A stretch of 64,000 nt of DNA from an uncultured Planctomycetota bacterium (GTDB lineage Bacteria > Planctomycetota > Planctomycetia > Isosphaerales > Isosphaeraceae), in NCBI GenBank assembly GCA_963737655.1, contig CAVTTN010000002.1, positions 2,144,001 through 2,208,000 on the forward strand, read 5' to 3'. The notes beneath the pieces are model-generated. The model searched no databases. It had not been told where the DNA came from and saw nothing but the letters and a program-made list of their open reading frames with translations. The stretch's first letter is position 1; every line of letters begins with the position of its first letter. Positions 9,768 to 19,714 of this stretch are shown in pieces. Both the position numbers and the translations under genes were made by a program.

Positions 9768-11368
9768 CTAGCCGACCGGGACGAGCTGCGAAACCGCGTC
9801 GGTGACTTCCTTCATCTTGATCGGCTTGTCCAGGACGACGACCCGGTCGTCGGACGGGAGCTTGCGGGCGAGGCTCCCCTGGCGGGGCCCGAGGAGGACC
9901 AGCGCGGCGAGGTCTCGGCCCTTGTCCTGGGCCCTCTGGTGGATCTCGAGGAAGGCGTTCAGGGCGTCCGGGCCCAGGCCGTCGGCGTCGAAGACCACGA
10001 GGTCCGCCGGCTCGTCCTGGAACTGTTCGACTCCCGAGGCGGGATCGACCGCCATCCTCACGCCGAAGCCCATCTTGGTGAAGACCTTGCGGAAGGCCTC
10101 GCGAATCGAGTCCTGGACCTCGATGCACAACAGGGTCTTGGGCAGTGGTTCGGCCTCGGCCCGGCTTCCGCCTCCACCCCCGCCGTCGCCTCGGCCTCGG
10201 CCTCGGCCTCGGGCCCAGCGTCCTCCGCGTCGGGCAGGTGGCCGAACGCGGCGGCGAACAGGTCGTCGCCGGTGAGGTTCCCCTTCCTCTCGGGCTCGCG
10301 GGTCCGGATCTTGATCGTCCCGGAGGATGGGCGGGGCGCCTTGTCGTCCCTGGCCGCCCCCGAGTCCCGGTAGGCGATCAGGTCGTTGACCACGTCGTCC
10401 ATGTTCTGATAACGCGATTTCAGGTCGATCTTCATCATCTTCTCGATGATCCGGCAGAGCTCCGCCGGCGGGGCGTTGCGGTGTTCCGACAACGGCTTGA
10501 TCGCGCCGAAGCTCCTCTTGAGCATCTTGGCCAGGGGGTCGCTGGTCTCGGTCTCGGCCATCGCCGGGGTGCCGGTGAGCATCTGGTAATAGACGCAGCC
10601 GAGGAAGTAGATGTCGGACCTCGGGTCCCCCTTGAAGCTGCCGCAGCTGCGTTCCAGGGCCGAATAATCGACGGTGCGGGCGGTCTCGTTGCTCGATGAG
10701 GAGAAGTCGCCGAGGTCGATGGTGGCGAGCCCGAAGTCCACGAGCTTCGCCTCCCCCTTGGAGGCGATCAGGATGTTCGTGGCCTTGATGTCGCGGTGGG
10801 TCACGCCGCTGTCGAAGGAGTACTTCAGCCCCTGGGCCAGGCCGATCATCAGCGGGAGGGCCTCGGTGGCCGAGAGGGTCTTGCGGATCTTCAGGAAGTC
10901 GCGGAGGTTGGAGCCTTCGACATACTCCATGACCATGTAATGGTTCTTGTCCGCCTCGCCGAAGTCCAGGATGCGAACGATGTTCGGGTGGATCAGCTTG
11001 AGGCCGCTCTCGGCTTCCTGGAGGAAGCGGTTGACGGCGGCCTGGTCGGTGGTGAATCGGCGGCGGAGGACCTTGATGGCGACGGATTGCTCGCCGTTGA
11101 CCCTCTGGCCGCGATAGACCCGCGCGAACGTCCCCTCGGCCAGGTGGAACATCACCCGGCAATCGCCGAACATGAAGCCGTTGAGGTCGCCTTTGAGCAG
11201 CTTGTCGCGTTGCCAGCTGGTGAGGTGGCCCTTGCGCATCAGGGCGCGGAGGAGGGAATCCAGGCTTCCATCCTCGGCCTCGTTCTGGGCCCGGCGGACC
11301 TGCTCTCGGGTCAGCAGACCGATCATCACGGCCTGGTCGGCGAGCGTTTCGGCGTCGAAATCGGCCAT
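9768..11368 (-). CDS. Ser/Thr protein kinase with C-terminal receiver-like domain (frameshift near 10150)
   Basis: VAIK, HPNIV, HRDIKATN, DFG and SDIYFLG. The downstream frame encodes a CheY-like pattern (DLVVFD...DKPI). Confidence 0.82.
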
Positions 11369-11523
11369 CGTGGGGCGGTCCTGACTATCGAAGACGGTCG
11401 CGGAGGGGCGCCGGAGCGAGGTCGCGGCCGGAACCGGCCACATCGTCTATTGTAGCAGGTCCGAAGCCCATCTCAACGGCGCCCGGAAACGGCCCTCGGG
11501 CCCGGCCGCCCGGTCCGATCGGA

Positions 11524-12299
11524 TCAGGGACCGGGGTCGGCCGGCTTGAGGGCGTCGAGCTTCTTCTTCGCGGAGTCGGCGCCGTCGCCGGGGATCTCGG
11601 CCAGCCAGGTCCAGAGGAGCCGGGCGCGGTCGGCGTCGGTCTCGGCCTCGGCCTTCTCCTGGAGCTTCGCCACGGCGAAGGTCCCGGGGAGCTTCTGGGC
11701 GGTGGCGCGGGCCTTCGCCACCTCGGCCTGGTTCAACAAGGTGCCTGTGGTGCCGGACGCCAGCAAGTTCGTCCGGTCCTGGCGGTGGGGGAGCCCCAGG
11801 GCGTGGCCCAGCTCGTGCGAAGTGACCCGGGGCAAGGGCTCGTCGAGCCCGCCGGGGACCGCCCGGAGCGCCGCGGTCTCCTGGACGAACGCCATCCGGT
11901 CCCCCAGGTACACGCCGTTGACCGTGAATTTGTGGATGTAATAAACGTCCACCCCCTCGCTCGATCGCGACTCCCCGGCGCGAGGAGGCGGAACGAATCG
12001 AGCCGGGCCGGGCCGGTGCCCCGGGCGTCCTTGAAGCGGTCCAGGCGCGCCGCGGTCTCCCGGCGGATCGGCTCCAATCCCCAGTGGACGCCCGCCGGAT
12101 GCCACACGCGGTTGACCTTGTCGATGATCCGCCGGATGTCCTGGTCGGTCAGACCGCAATTCACGTCGGGCAGGTCGTCGGCCGAGAGGACGTGGATCCT
12201 CAGGGGGATCACCAGGAACTCGGCATAGGGGGGCGGTTCGGTGACGTCGGCGGAGGGGGCCACCGCGATCAGAGCCAGGGCGGCCAGGACGATCGGCAC
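11524..12299 (-). CDS. secreted zinc metallopeptidase-like protein (frameshift near 11960)
   Basis: Signal-peptide-like N-terminus in one frame. HELGHALGLPH (HExxHxxGxxH) in the next frame. Confidence 0.72.
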
Positions 12300-12626
12300 G
12301 GGAATGCTCCTGGAAGGTGCAGGCCATGCCCCGGAACGCGGAGGGTGCAACCCGACGACCGCTCGTCCCGGCAAGGAGGACATGGATTCGAAAGGCCGGA
12401 CCCGTTGGGATCACGCATTATCGGGCCCGTCGGATGCCTCCCACAAGAGCGACGTTTCTTGTCCGCCGGGCCGATCTGTTTTCACGGGATCGGCGCGGCT
12501 TTCCCCGTTCTTTCTCCGCCGAGAGGACCGATCGGGCCGCCTCGGGGGCCTGATCCATCGACAGCGGCCAATCCGGGCTCCACAATGGCCGCCGGCCGTT
12601 TCGAACCTCTCCCGGAGCCTCCGCCG

Positions 12627-14336
12627 ATGGTCCGCCGATCCGCCCCGTTGCTCGTCGTCGCGATGGCCGCCCTGTTCCCGCCGAGTTCCGGCGTCGCGGC
12701 CGATCCGCCCCGGTACGATCGCCGGTGGGTCTGGGTGATGTCCAACCTGATGGTCAATTCGGAGGCCGATCGCGTGGTCGCCCTGATCGAGAGGGCCTCG
12801 AAAAGCGGCTATAACGGGCTGGTCCTGGCCGATTACAAGCTCAACCTGCTCGACCAGGTCCAGCCGAACTACTTCCCGAACGTCGCGAGGGTCGTCGCGG
12901 CGGCCGACAAGGCGGGCGTGGAGATCATCCCGACCGTGTTCCCGATCGGCTACTCCAACGGCCTCCTGATGCACGACGTGAACCTCGCCGAAGGGATGCC
13001 GGTCGAGGGGGCGCCGTTCGTCGTCAACGGGCGCGAGGCCCGGTTGAAGGCCGATCCCGACGTGAAGGTCAAGGGCGGCGACATGGAGGCCGCCCGGGGC
13101 GACACCCTCGTCGGCTGGGGCTACCAGGACGAACCCGGCAAGTTCAGCTTCGCCGATCGGGACGTCCATCACGGCGGCTCGGCCTCCCTGAGGATCTCGG
13201 ACCCCCCGGCGAATTGCCGCCTGATCGGCCAGGCGAAGGTCAGGCCGCACTCGGCGTATCGGCTCTCGGCGTGGGTCAAGACGAAGGACTGGACCCGGCC
13301 CGGCAACTTCCGGCTGATGGCCATCGGCTCGGGCGACGGCGGCCGTCAGCTCTCGTTCCAGGAAGGCGGGATCTCGCCGACCCAGGACTGGACCCGGATC
13401 GATTGCGTCTTCAACTCGCTCGATTTCCCGGCCGTGAACCTGTACGCGGGAGTCTACGGGGGCGGGTCGGGGACGATGTGGATCGATGACGTGAGCCTGG
13501 AAGAGATGGGCCTGACCAACGTCCTCCGCCGCCCCGGCTGCCCGTTCTCCGTGACGTCCGACGACGGCAAGACGACCTTCGTGGAAGGCAAGGACTTCGA
13601 ACCCGTGGCCGACCCGAAGCTGGGGAGGATTCCGTACGCCGGCGAGTACGAATTCTTCCACGAAGGGCCGCCGATCCGGGTCCGCAAGGGCTCGACGATC
13701 CGCGAGGGTCAGACGCTCCGGGTCAGCTATTACCACCCGGTCCCGACCCTCCAGGCCCAGGTGATGTGCTGCCCGAGCGAGCCGAAGACCTACGAGCTCC
13801 TCCGCGACCAGGCCCGGCGGGTCCAGAAGCTCCTGAAGCCCAAAAAGGTCTTCATGTCGCACGACGAGATCCGCGTGATGAACTGGTGCCGGGCGTGCCG
13901 ATCGCGGGACCTCTCGCCGGGTCGGATCCTGGCCGACAACGCCCGGAAGTGCCGCGAGATCCTCGCCGAGGAGATGCCCGGCGCGGAGGTGCTCGTGTGG
14001 TCGGACATGTTCGACCCGAACCACAACGCGATCGACGGCTATTACCTCGTCAACGGCTCGCTGAAGGGTTCGTGGGAAGGGCTGGACCCTTCGATCACGA
14101 TCATGAACTGGAACGGCGGGAAGCTCGCCCAGAGCGCCCGGTTCTTCGCCGATCGCGGGCACAAGCAGATCCTCGCCGGCTATTACGACGTGGACGACCT
14201 CAGCGGGTTCACCGACTGGGACGCCAGGGCCCGGGGCATCCCCGGCATCATCGGGTTCATGTACACGACCTGGGAGAAGAAGTACGGTTTGCTCGAGGAG
14301 TATGGGAAGGCGATGAAGGCCGGGGCGGGCCGCTAG
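12627..14336 (+). CDS. secreted glycoside hydrolase-like protein with carbohydrate-binding (CBM4/9-like) insert
   Basis: Signal peptide, YRLSAWVKT and MWIDDVSLEE (CBM-like), MSHDEIR and VWSDMF (GH20-like barrel motifs). Confidence 0.65.
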   Translation: MVRRSAPLLVVAMAALFPPSSGVAADPPRYDRRWVWVMSNLMVNSEADRVVALIERASKSGYNGLVLADYKLNLLDQVQPNYFPNVARVVAAADKAGVEIIPTVFPIGYSNGLLMHDVNLAEGMPVEGAPFVVNGREARLKADPDVKVKGGDMEAARGDTLVGWGYQDEPGKFSFADRDVHHGGSASLRISDPPANCRLIGQAKVRPHSAYRLSAWVKTKDWTRPGNFRLMAIGSGDGGRQLSFQEGGISPTQDWTRIDCVFNSLDFPAVNLYAGVYGGGSGTMWIDDVSLEEMGLTNVLRRPGCPFSVTSDDGKTTFVEGKDFEPVADPKLGRIPYAGEYEFFHEGPPIRVRKGSTIREGQTLRVSYYHPVPTLQAQVMCCPSEPKTYELLRDQARRVQKLLKPKKVFMSHDEIRVMNWCRACRSRDLSPGRILADNARKCREILAEEMPGAEVLVWSDMFDPNHNAIDGYYLVNGSLKGSWEGLDPSITIMNWNGGKLAQSARFFADRGHKQILAGYYDVDDLSGFTDWDARARGIPGIIGFMYTTWEKKYGLLEEYGKAMKAGAGR

Positions 14337-14531
14337 CCCCGTCCGCTTCTTGATGCCGGGTAGTGGCCTGGTTTGTGATGATTCGGTAACGGATTCGTGC
14401 GATTCGGAATTTTATCTTGCATCTGGGCTCCAGATCGCGCAGATTGCTTCACTCGTCGGGACGGAGCCGTTTCGGATGGCTCGTCCGCGCCCGGGCGTCC
14501 GGGCCGTGGGTTGGTTCCTTCGGAGACGAGC

Positions 14532-15083
14532 ATGAGCGGCCTCGGTCGCGTGACCCGCGGGGCGGCGTCGGACCCCGAGCTTCGAGACCCGGTCCGGCCG
14601 ACGCGCCGGCCCTCCCCTCCGCCCTTGAATCCTCCCTCGGAACGCCCGCAACGGGCGACCGAGCGGCCCCTGGCGATGGTCCGCTGGCGAGGGATCGCGG
14701 CCATCCTGGGAGCGGCGGTGATCCTGTCGGCGATGGCCGGGGGGTTGTCGCTGCTGGTCCCCCCGTCGCCGAGCCGGGTCGAACGGTCCCGGGAGCGGGC
14801 CGGGCTGGTCCGATCGCGGACCGAGCTGGCCTTGCTGGAGCTGGACATCGAGGCGAGGCGAGACCATCTGCTCGCCCTGATGAAGTCCGGAGGCGGACTG
14901 GACGCCCGCGCCCTGGGGATCGCCACGCCTCCGGGAACGCTCGGCGCCTCGCCGGACGTCGTCGGGCCTCACCGACGCCTGATCCAGGTCGAAAAGGCCG
15001 CGCTCGCGCAGAGGATCGCCGCGCTTTCGGCGATGAGGCTCGACCTGGAGGAGCGGCAAAGGCGCTACCTCGACGGGCGATGA
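14532..15083 (+). CDS. hypothetical single-TM coiled-coil protein upstream of the secretin gene
   Basis: GGAG RBS, one hydrophobic segment, then L/E/R-rich helices. Confidence 0.5.
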   Translation: MSGLGRVTRGAASDPELRDPVRPTRRPSPPPLNPPSERPQRATERPLAMVRWRGIAAILGAAVILSAMAGGLSLLVPPSPSRVERSRERAGLVRSRTELALLELDIEARRDHLLALMKSGGGLDARALGIATPPGTLGASPDVVGPHRRLIQVEKAALAQRIAALSAMRLDLEERQRRYLDGR

Positions 15084-15209
15084 GCCCCGCCCGGGGTGTT
15101 CGCAATTCTAGGCCGACGTGGCGGTCGGGTTGGTGGCTTTAGAAATCCCTCGGCCAGGCCGATACCTAAGTTGGGGTCATGACGGTTCGACCGATCGCCC
15201 CGGCGAGGG

Positions 15210-17075
15210 ATGGCCATGATCGGACCGGGGCGCGGGGCAGATCCAGATCCAGGGACGGGCCGACGACGGGGCGTCGCGTCGGCGACGGCCGCCCTGCTCC
15301 TGGGGCTCGGCTCGGCCGGCGCCCAGGAGCCGGCTTTGGCCCCGGTTCCCGCGGTGGCCCCGGCGGGGCGCCCGGCCCCGGCCCCGTTCATCCCGGGATT
15401 GAAGGCGTCCGCCTCGGCCGTCCAGGTCAAGGTCGGTCAGGGGAAGATCCTCACCTTGCCGGTGGACCTCAACGCCGTGGGCCAGAAGAACGCGCCGTTC
15501 CTCGCCGTGGGCGATCCCGACGTCCTGGACTTCTACCAGATCGATTCCCGGCACCTCCGGCTGATCGGCAAGAAGCTGGGGATGACCGACCTGACGTTCA
15601 GCGTGGGGTCGGGGGACGCGCTGAGGACCTATGAGTACGAGGTGCAGGTGACGGCCGACCTGGACGAGCTCCGGGCCCGCCTCCGCCAGAGCTTCCCCGA
15701 CGCGGTCCTGGAGCTGGCGCAGCTCCGCGAGAAGATCGTGGTCGAGGGCCAGGCGCGCGACGCCAACCAGGTCTCCCGGATCGTCCAGGCGATCGAAGGG
15801 TACATCCGCTCGGTCCAGCGGGTCTCGATCGCCGGTCGGGTGGCGGACCGGGTCGAGAAGGCCCAGGCGCCCGAGGTCGTCGGCGTCCCCCTGCCGCCCT
15901 TGCCGGCCGGGATGGAACCGGGATCGGACGCCTCGGGAGGGACCGGGGGCAGCGGCGTCCTCGGGGGCGTCGGCGGGCTCGGGCCCGGAGGCGGCGCCAC
16001 CTCGGTCAGCACCACGCAGCCCGGCCTGTTCGTCGTGGGGCAGACGGTCACCAACCAGACCCAGGTGCTGAACCTCCTGCGCGTCCCGACCACCCAGCAA
16101 GTCCTGCTGAAGGTCCGCGTGGCCGAGCTCAACCGCACCGGCCTCCGCCAGATCGGGGCGGACGTCCTGGCCTCGATCCCCCAGTTCCGCAGCCTCTTCG
16201 GCACGCAGATCACCGGCAAGACCGGGTTCACCGGCGCCCTGGGCAGCAGCACGTTCGGCAACCCCCGAGACATCTCCTTCGCCGCCTCGCCGCCGACCCC
16301 GGGCGTCTACGGCACCTTCTCCAACGGCCAATTCAACACCTTTTTGACCGTTTTGCGCGCCAACAGCCTCCTGAAAATCCTCGCCGAGCCGAACCTCGTG
16401 GCGATGAACGGCTACCAGGCCAACTTCCTGGCCGGAGGGGAGTTCCCCGTGCCGTCGTTCTCGGGGATCGGGGGCGGGTCGTCCACCGGCGGGGGCGCGT
16501 CGTCGAGCACCCAGTTCAAGAAGTACGGCGTGAGCGTCTCGTTCCTGCCGATCATCCTCGACGGCGAGACCATCCGCCTGATGGTCGAGCCCGAGGTCAG
16601 CCAGGTCGATTTCACGACCGCCACCACGCTCGTCCCCGGCGGCTCGCCCGTCCCCGGCCTGATCACCCGGAACGCCCACACCACGGTGGAGCTCAAGCAG
16701 GGGGAGACCCTGGCCATCGCCGGATTGATGCAGCTCCAGCTCGAGGGCAACACGCAACGAATCCCCGGCCTGGGCGACCTGCCCTACATCGGCGAGTTCT
16801 TCAGCAACACGACGAGCAACCGGATCGAAAAGGAGCTGATCGTCCTGGTCACGCCCTACCTCGTCGAGCCGATGGCGCCGGGCCAGGTCCCGCCGGGGCC
16901 GGGGGACGAGGTGAACCAGCCCAACGACCTGGAATTCTTCTTTCTCAACCGGATCGAGGGACGGACCGGGATCGATGCGCGATCCACCACGTCGTATGAC
17001 GACCCGTTTCACCTGATCCGCCATTCGATCCTGGAGAGGTCGCACCTGATCGGCCCCTCGGGATTCTCGAAGTGA
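15210..17075 (+). CDS. cpaC: Tad/Flp pilus secretin (CpaC/RcpA)
   Basis: AVGDPDVLD N-domain, QVLLKVRVAELNR, ILAEPNLVAMNGYQANFLAGGEFPVP, IPGLGDLPYIG and ELIVLVTPYLV. Confidence 0.93.
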   Translation: MAMIGPGRGADPDPGTGRRRGVASATAALLLGLGSAGAQEPALAPVPAVAPAGRPAPAPFIPGLKASASAVQVKVGQGKILTLPVDLNAVGQKNAPFLAVGDPDVLDFYQIDSRHLRLIGKKLGMTDLTFSVGSGDALRTYEYEVQVTADLDELRARLRQSFPDAVLELAQLREKIVVEGQARDANQVSRIVQAIEGYIRSVQRVSIAGRVADRVEKAQAPEVVGVPLPPLPAGMEPGSDASGGTGGSGVLGGVGGLGPGGGATSVSTTQPGLFVVGQTVTNQTQVLNLLRVPTTQQVLLKVRVAELNRTGLRQIGADVLASIPQFRSLFGTQITGKTGFTGALGSSTFGNPRDISFAASPPTPGVYGTFSNGQFNTFLTVLRANSLLKILAEPNLVAMNGYQANFLAGGEFPVPSFSGIGGGSSTGGGASSSTQFKKYGVSVSFLPIILDGETIRLMVEPEVSQVDFTTATTLVPGGSPVPGLITRNAHTTVELKQGETLAIAGLMQLQLEGNTQRIPGLGDLPYIGEFFSNTTSNRIEKELIVLVTPYLVEPMAPGQVPPGPGDEVNQPNDLEFFFLNRIEGRTGIDARSTTSYDDPFHLIRHSILERSHLIGPSGFSK

Positions 17076-17112
17076 AGTGAAGCGACGGGGCCATGCCCCC
17101 CGGGAGGCAAGA

Positions 17113-17907
17113 ATGCTCCGATTGCGTCGCGGAGGGACGGCCGCGGGCCTGATCCTCGGGTTGGGCCAGGCGATCCGGTCGGACGCGCAGGACGTGCCCG
17201 ACCCCCTGCCGCCCTTGCCGCCCTCGATGACGACGACGGCCCCGCCGGTCGTCGTGCCCACGCCTCCCCTGGTCCTGCCGGCCCGGGTGGTCTCGGCGGT
17301 GCCGCCGGGCGGCCCGTCGCCGTCGTGGAGGCCCCCGGCCCTCGACCCGATCTCGGTCCAGAACGCGCATCCGCCGAAGTTCGTCCGGGCGAAGTCGCGG
17401 TCGTGGCTCTGGAGGCGCGACCAGGGGAAGGTCCTGGGCTATCCCGAGGACTTCCGCCCTCGCCCCCTCGGGGCGTCCGTCTACGACACCGCCCGAACCA
17501 TGGTCGCCAACGGCGAGGCGGCCCGGCTCACCCTCTATCGCTACGACTTCGTCCCGGGGACCGAGACCCTGAGCCCGGCCGGCCTCGACCAACTGGCCCG
17601 GCTCGCCCCTCAGTTCGCCGCCAGCCCGTATCCCCTGATCGTCGAGAGGACGCCGGGAGACCCCGCCCTGGCCGAGGCCCGGCGGCTCGCCGTCCTGGCG
17701 GCGTTGGAGGCGAACGTCGGGCCGGTCCCGCCGGACCGCGTCCTCGTGGGCGAGGCCCGGGCCCACGGGATGGCCGGGATCGACGCGCAGATCCTCGGCG
17801 CCAACGCGATCGACCGCGCCCGGGGCTATGGGCCCACCATCCCGATCCTGAGCAATGGCGTGAATAGCCCGTCGGGCGTGACCGGCGGCGGAGGCTCGGG
17901 CCAATGA
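17113..17907 (+). CDS. Tad-associated exported protein, possibly OmpA-like/CpaD-like
   Basis: Directly after the secretin gene. Pro-rich linker, then YDFVPGTETLSPAGLDQLARLA...ARRLAVLAAL...VPPDRV. Confidence 0.6.
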   Translation: MLRLRRGGTAAGLILGLGQAIRSDAQDVPDPLPPLPPSMTTTAPPVVVPTPPLVLPARVVSAVPPGGPSPSWRPPALDPISVQNAHPPKFVRAKSRSWLWRRDQGKVLGYPEDFRPRPLGASVYDTARTMVANGEAARLTLYRYDFVPGTETLSPAGLDQLARLAPQFAASPYPLIVERTPGDPALAEARRLAVLAALEANVGPVPPDRVLVGEARAHGMAGIDAQILGANAIDRARGYGPTIPILSNGVNSPSGVTGGGGSGQ

Positions 17908-18692
17908 CGCTCCGATCGACGTTGCTCGTCGCCCTGATCTTCGCCTCCGGCTGCGCCCAGGGCCCGCGATCGCCGAAGACCGTGGCCGTGGCCGACCCCC
18001 TGGACGTCGGGCCGTCGCGCAAGGTCTCCGCCCGGGGGGCGGCCGACGTCCAGTTCGCCCTCGGCCGGTCCTTCGAGGAGGCGGGCTCGCTGGCCGAGGC
18101 CGAGGCCGCCTATCGCCGGGCGATCCACGAGGCGCCGAAACGGCCCGAGGCCCACGCCCGGCTCGCCGTCTTGCTCGCCCAGAGAGGCGAGTTCGCCGAG
18201 GCCTCCCAGCAGTTTGCCGAGGCCGTCCGCCGCGACCCGGGGAACGCCGAGATCCTCTGCGATCAGGGCTATTCGCTGGCCATCCAGAGGAAATGGCCCG
18301 ACGCCGAGGCCGCCTATCGCCGGGCCCTGACGATCCAGCCGAACCACGCGAGGACCCACGAAAACCTCGCGCTGGTCCTGGCGAGGAAGGGAGAAACGGC
18401 CCTCGCCCTGGAGGAGTTCGCCCGAGCCGGCCTGGACCCGGCCGACTCGCACGCCAATCTCGGGCTGGTCCTGGCGATGGAGGGCCGGTACGCCGAGGCC
18501 CGCGCCTCCTACGCCCAGGCCCTGGCCGCCCGGCCCGATTCCCCGGCCGCGAGGGAAGGGCTGAAGGCCCTGGCCCGGGTGGACCAGGCCGGCGCGAACC
18601 CCGGCGCCGCGAAGGTCGCGGTGAAGCCCGGCCCCGATTCGAACGTCCGCCGGGCCTCGACGACGAACCCGGAGACGAACGCCCGTCCGTGA
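17904..18692 (+). CDS. tadD: TPR lipoprotein (TadD/pilotin-like)
   Basis: Lipobox-like FASGC, multiple TPR repeats, ATGA overlap with the upstream gene. Confidence 0.75.
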   Translation: MTLRSTLLVALIFASGCAQGPRSPKTVAVADPLDVGPSRKVSARGAADVQFALGRSFEEAGSLAEAEAAYRRAIHEAPKRPEAHARLAVLLAQRGEFAEASQQFAEAVRRDPGNAEILCDQGYSLAIQRKWPDAEAAYRRALTIQPNHARTHENLALVLARKGETALALEEFARAGLDPADSHANLGLVLAMEGRYAEARASYAQALAARPDSPAAREGLKALARVDQAGANPGAAKVAVKPGPDSNVRRASTTNPETNARP

Positions 18693-18734
18693 CCTAGGCT
18701 CTCTCGGGCGAAGCCCCGCGAGGAGCCCCATCCC

Positions 18735-19130
18735 ATGATCCGCCGCCGACTCCGATCCCATCGACGAGCCGCCGCCGCGGCCGAGCTGGCCTTGACCCTG
18801 CCGGTCCTCGGGCTGATTTGCGTGATGGCCGTGGACTACGGCCGATTGTTCACGACCCTCGCCGCCCTGAGCGATTGCGCCCGGGTCGGGTCGTATTACT
18901 ACGCCTCCAACTCCTCCGCCAACTCCTCGACGGTCTCGAACGTCGTCCAGTCGGCGAGCAACCTGAAGTCGTCGTCGATGACCGTGACGACGGCCTCCTC
19001 CACCGATTCGCACGGCTATCCCTACGTCCAGGTGACGGTCTCCTACCCGTTCCAGACCCTGACCTCGTGGCCGGGCATCCCCAGGACCGTCACCCTGAGC
19101 CGCAAGGTGGCGATGATCCGCACCTATTGA
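18735..19130 (+). CDS. tadE: TadE-like pseudopilin
   Basis: RRAAAAAELALTLPVL...DYGR...ARVG pattern. Confidence 0.85.
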   Translation: MIRRRLRSHRRAAAAAELALTLPVLGLICVMAVDYGRLFTTLAALSDCARVGSYYYASNSSANSSTVSNVVQSASNLKSSSMTVTTASSTDSHGYPYVQVTVSYPFQTLTSWPGIPRTVTLSRKVAMIRTY

Positions 19131-19166
19131 TTTGATCCGCGCTTCGGAAGACGAAGGAGGGCCGCC

Positions 19167-19595
19167 GTGACCGTGAAGCGACTTCGGAGGGCCCGAGGGG
19201 TGGTCTTGGCCGAGGCCGGGGTCGTCTACTCGGTGGCCATCCTGTTGCTGCTGGGGACGATGATCGTCGGCCTCGGGGTGTTCCGCTCGGCCCAGGTCGC
19301 GTGGCTGGCCAACGAAGGGGCCCGCTGGGCGGCCGTCCACGGGCCGAGCTACCAGGCCAACGCGCACGCCTCGGCGCCGTCTTCCGCCGACGTCCTGACC
19401 TACCTCAACACGTCGCCGAAGAAGCTCCTGGTCGACCAGACCAAGCTCACGGCCACGCTGACCTGGAACACCTCGGCGACGCCCAAAACGGTGACGTTCC
19501 GGCTGGATTACCGCTGGGTCCCCAAGACCTTCGTCACCGGGAAATCGACGACCTACACGTTCTCGAGCACGTCGAGTCAAGTCATCCTGTACTGA
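19167..19595 (+). CDS. TadE/TadF-like pseudopilin
   Basis: RGVVLAEAGVV..TM..ANEGARWAAV. Confidence 0.85.
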   Translation: MTVKRLRRARGVVLAEAGVVYSVAILLLLGTMIVGLGVFRSAQVAWLANEGARWAAVHGPSYQANAHASAPSSADVLTYLNTSPKKLLVDQTKLTATLTWNTSATPKTVTFRLDYRWVPKTFVTGKSTTYTFSSTSSQVILY

Positions 19596-19714
19596 GCACG
19601 CGGCCGCTCAACACATACGGCCGGAATCCGAGCCACCCAGGACCCTTCGGAGGAAGCCTCCACCGAGAAGGAAACGGCCCTGGACCGAGCATCCGCAAGA
19701 GACGAGGCGCGATC

